Origin: the human T2T-CHM13v2.0 reference genome, Homo sapiens
Strand: one strand, 5' to 3'
NCBI RefSeq assembly: GCF_009914755.1
Contig: NC_060927.1
Length of the DNA stretch: 64,000 nt
Numbering within the stretch: the stretch's first letter is position 1; the number at the start of each line of letters is the position of its first letter. A model generated the notes under the pieces. That model was not told where the DNA came from, ran no database searches, and saw only the letters and a program-made list of their open reading frames with translations. A program made the translations under genes and the position numbers. Below, piece by piece: positions 60,762-64,000 of this stretch.

Positions 60762-61775
60762 TTACATTTTGGCATGATTTTGCAGCGGCTGGTACCGGTT
60801 GTTCCTTTCCATGTTTAGTGCTTCCTTCAGGAGCTCTTTTAGGGCAGGCCTGGTGGTGACAAAATCTCTCAGCATTTGCTTGTCTGTAAAGTATTTTATT
60901 TCTCCTTCACTTCTGAAGGTTAGTTTGGCTGGATATGAAATTCTGGGTTGAAAATTCTTTTCTTTAAGAATGTTGAATATTGGCCCCCACTCTCTTCTGG
61001 CTTGTAGAGTTTCCGCCGAGAGATCCGCTGTTAGTCTGATGGGCTTCCCTTTGTGGGTAACCCGACCTTTCTCTCTGGCTGCCCTTAACATTTTTTCCTT
61101 CATTTCAACTTTGGTGAGTCTGACAATTACGTGTCTTGGAGTTGCTCTTCTCGAGGAGTATCTTTGTGGCATTCTCTGTATTTCCTGAATCTGAATGTTG
61201 GCTTGCCTTGCTAGATTGGGGAAGTTCTCCTGGATAATATCCTGCAGAGTGTTTTCCAACTTGGTTCCATTCTTCCCGTCACTTTCAGGTACAGCAATCA
61301 CGTAGATTTGGTCTTTTCACATAGTGCCATATTTCTTGGAGGCTTTGTTCATTTCTTTTTATTCTTTTTTCTGTAAACTTCTCATCTTGCTTCATTTCAT
61401 TCATTTCATCTTCCATCACTGATACCCTTTCTTCCAGTTGATCGCATCGGCTCCTGAGGCTTCTGCATTCTTCACATAGTTCTCGAGCCTTGGCTTTCAG
61501 CTCCATCAGCTCCTTTAAGCACTTCTCTATTGGTTATTCTAGTTATACATTCGTCTAAGTTTTTAATCAAAGTTTTTAACTTTTTTGCCTTTGGTTTGAA
61601 TTTCCTCCTGTAGCTCGGAGTAGTTTGATCGTCTGAAGCCTTCTTCTCTGAACTCTTCAAAGTCATTCTCCATCCAGCTTTGTTCCGTTGCTGGTGAGGA
61701 ACTGCGTTCTTTTGGAGGAGGAGAGGCGCTCTGCTTTTTAGAGTTTCCAGTTTTTCTGCTCTGTTTTTTCCCCAT
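60762..61775 (-). pseudogene. L1 ORF1, frameshifted
   Basis: MGKKQSRKTGNSKKQSASPPPKER...; C-terminus ...RYQPLQNHAKM; split over several frames. Confidence 0.95.
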
Positions 61776-61899
61776 CTTTGTGGTTTTATCTACTTTTGGT
61801 CTTTGATGATGGCGATGTACAGATGGGATTTTGGTGTGGATGTCCTTTCTGTTTGTTAGTTTTCCTTCTACCATACAGGACCCTCAGCTGCAGGTCTGT

Positions 61900-62800
61900 T
61901 GGAGTTTGCTAGAGGTGCACTCCAGACCCTGTTTGCCTTGGTACCAGCAGCGGTGGCTGCAGAACAGCAGTTTTTCATGAACCACGAATGCTGCTGTCTG
62001 ATCGTTCCTCTGGAAGTTTTGTCTCAGAGGAGTACCCGGCCGTGTGAGGTGTCAGTCTGCCCCTACTGGGGGGTGCCTCCTAGTTAGGCTGCTTGGGGGT
62101 CAGGGGTCAGGGACCCACTTGAGGAGGCAGTCTGCCCCTTCTCATATCTCCAGCTGCGTGCTGGGAGAACCACTGCTCTCTTCAAAGCTGTCAGACAGGG
62201 ACATTTAAGTCTGCAGAGGTTACTGCTGTCTTTTTATTTGTCTGTGCCCTGCCCCCAGAGGTGGAGCCTACAGAGGCAGGCAGGCCTCCTTGAGCTGTGG
62301 TGGGCTCCACCCAGTTCGAGCTTCCCGGCTGCTTTGTTTCCCTAAGCAAGCCTGGGCAATGGCGAGCGCCCCTCCCCCAGCCTCGCTGCCACCTTGCAGT
62401 TTGATCTCAGAGTGCTGTGCTAGCAATCAGCAAGACTCCGTGGGCGTAGGACCCTCCGAGCCAAGTGCGGGATATAATCTCCTGGTGTGCCGTTTTTTAA
62501 GCCCGTCGGAAAAGGGCAGTATTAGGGTGGGAGTGACCCAATTTTCCAAGTGCCGTCTGTCACCCCTTTCTTTGACTAGGAAGGGGAACTCCCTGACCCC
62601 TCGCGCTTCCTGAGTGAGGCAATGCCTCGCCGTGCTTCGGGTAGCGCACGGTGCGCTGCACGCACTGTCCTGCGCCCACTGTCTGGCACTCCCTAGTGAG
62701 ATGAACCCGGTACCTCAGATGGAAATGCAGAAATCACCCCTCTTCTGCGTCGCTTACGCTGGGAGCTGTAGACCGGAGCTGTTCCTATTTGGCCATCTTC
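61900..62800 (-). promoter_or_regulatory. L1 5'UTR internal promoter and antisense promoter (CpG-enriched)
   Basis: YY1 motif AAGATGGCC at the 5' end (plus-strand ggccatctt, 62791-62799); highest CpG density in the window. Confidence 0.75.
62359..62613 (+). CDS. L1 antisense ORF0 (84 aa), open
   Basis: MASAPPPASLPPCSLISECCASNQQDSVGVGPSEP matches primate L1 ORF0; ATG in gcaATGg context. Expression unknown. Confidence 0.55.
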   Translation: MASAPPPASLPPCSLISECCASNQQDSVGVGPSEPSAGYNLLVCRFLSPSEKGSIRVGVTQFSKCRLSPLSLTRKGNSLTPRAS

Positions 62801-63209
62801 TCCTTAAATACATTTTCTATGCCTTTTCCCATCTCTTCTCCTTTTTGAACTTCCATAATGTGAACATTTGTTCACTTTATGGTATCCCATAAGTCCTGTA
62901 GGCTTTCTTCTTTCTTTAATTTCTTTTCTTTTCTTCTCCTTTTTTTTTGGTCTGCCTGGGTTATTTCAAAAGATCTGTCTTCACATTCAGACATTGTTTT
63001 TCTGCTTCATCTAGTCTGTCGTTAACAAATTCAGTTGCATTTTTATTTCATTCATTGAATTCTTCATTTCCAAGATTTTTTTAATGAAATCTAAATCATT
63101 GTTGAATGTTTCCTTCAGATCATGTATTGTTTTCCTGATTTTATTGAATTTCCTGTTTGATTACTTTATATCTCACTGAGTTTCCTTAAGATCATTATTT
63201 TTGAATTTG

Positions 63210-63447
63210 AGGGACAGAGAGCTAGCAAACAAGCACATTCACATTACTTTATTACAGTAATTGCTATAATTGTTATTTTTATTAGTTATTGTTAATCTCT
63301 TACTGTGCCTAATTTATAAATTAAACTTTATTATATGTACGTAGGTGTAGGAAAAAACATAGTGTATACAGGGTTCAGTACCATTGCGGTTTCAGGCATC
63401 CACTGGGAGTCTTGGAACGTATCTCTGTGGATAAGAGTGGTCTACTG
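63210..63447. mobile_element. Tigger3 (MER7-type) terminal fragment
   Basis: gttaatctcttactgtgcctaatttataaattaaacttt...ttcaggcatccactgggagtcttggaacgtatc...ctactg followed by TA. Confidence 0.85.
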
Positions 63448-63546
63448 TACTCTTGGTTTATGTTCTGGGAGGTAAACTGCTCAGTTATGACCACATCCAA
63501 GTGCATACACTCCATTTTGGAACCCTCTAGCACACAGCCATGCGTA

Positions 63547-63616
63547 CAGGTTGGTGCAAAAGTAATTGGCATTGAAAGAAATGGCCAAAACCGCAATTAC
63601 TTTTGCATCAACCTAG
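63547..63616. mobile_element. MADE1 (Hsmar1 MITE), short internal deletion
   Basis: aggttggtgcaaaagtaattg ... caattacttttgcatcaacct inverted repeats. Confidence 0.9.
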
Positions 63617-63619
63617 AGA

Positions 63620-64000
63620 TGTACTACTTTTCTATTGTTGCATAACTCGTTAACATTAATAACTGATTCATTATTTCCCAATTCTATAAGTCAGAAGTCT
63701 GGGTGGGCTTGGCTGATTTTTCTGCCCTGGATCTCACAAGGCTGAAGGTAAGGTGCTGGCTGGGCTCTTAATCTGGAGATCTGGAAAGATTGACTTCCTA
63801 GTTCATTGAGGCTGTTGGAAGAATTCAGTTTCATATGGTTATGAGACTGAGGTCCCCCCTGCCTTGCTGGTTGTCCTTGTCCCTTGCATGTGGTCCCCTC
63901 CACCTTCAAAACCACCAACCGTGTGTTGAGTCCTTCTTGTGTTTTGAATCTCTCTGACTTTCTCTTCTGCCACCAGCCAGGGAAAACTCTGCTTTTGAAT
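63620..64000 (-). mobile_element. MLT1 LTR, runs off the window
   Basis: gtcagaagtctggg...tctcacaaggctgaagg...tgttggaagaattcagtttc...gactgaggtcccc. Confidence 0.8.

Overview
Primate (hominoid, probably human) non-coding DNA, intronic or intergenic. I find no host protein-coding exon, no tRNA/rRNA/snRNA and no CRISPR-like or prokaryotic structure. More than half of the window is transposon-derived. The main elements are a decayed L1MA8-type LINE (1-4810), a full-length Tigger1 nested in an L2, and an ancient L1M 5' end interrupted by a solo LTR and a doubly truncated L1PA8 piece. Further along are a 1.2-kb L1PA4-like 3' fragment, a MaLR provirus carrying nested MST/THE1/Alu insertions, and a near full-length L1PA3 with an 18-bp TSD inserted inside an older L1MA3/4. 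About a dozen Alus and many MIR/L2/MER/MLT relics are scattered throughout. All long ORFs in the track are L1 ORF1/ORF2/ORF0, Tigger1 transposase remnants or Alu read-throughs. The unique intervals contain several AT-rich, homeobox-motif-dense blocks typical of conserved developmental enhancers, one strong CTCF-type motif (26331) and a compact TCF/AP-1/RUNX cluster (41673). I do not see a convincing new biological system. The most unusual observations are (i) four non-consensus variants shared by two L1PA copies 18 kb apart that otherwise carry different subfamily diagnostics, (ii) an intact L1 ORF0 whose two splice donors both carry the same -1 G>A change, and (iii) an L1PA8 fragment with no tail or TSD that ends in a fold-back junction. 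Repeat subfamily names and consensus comparisons come from recalled consensus sequences, not a database search, and boundaries of old repeats are approximate.
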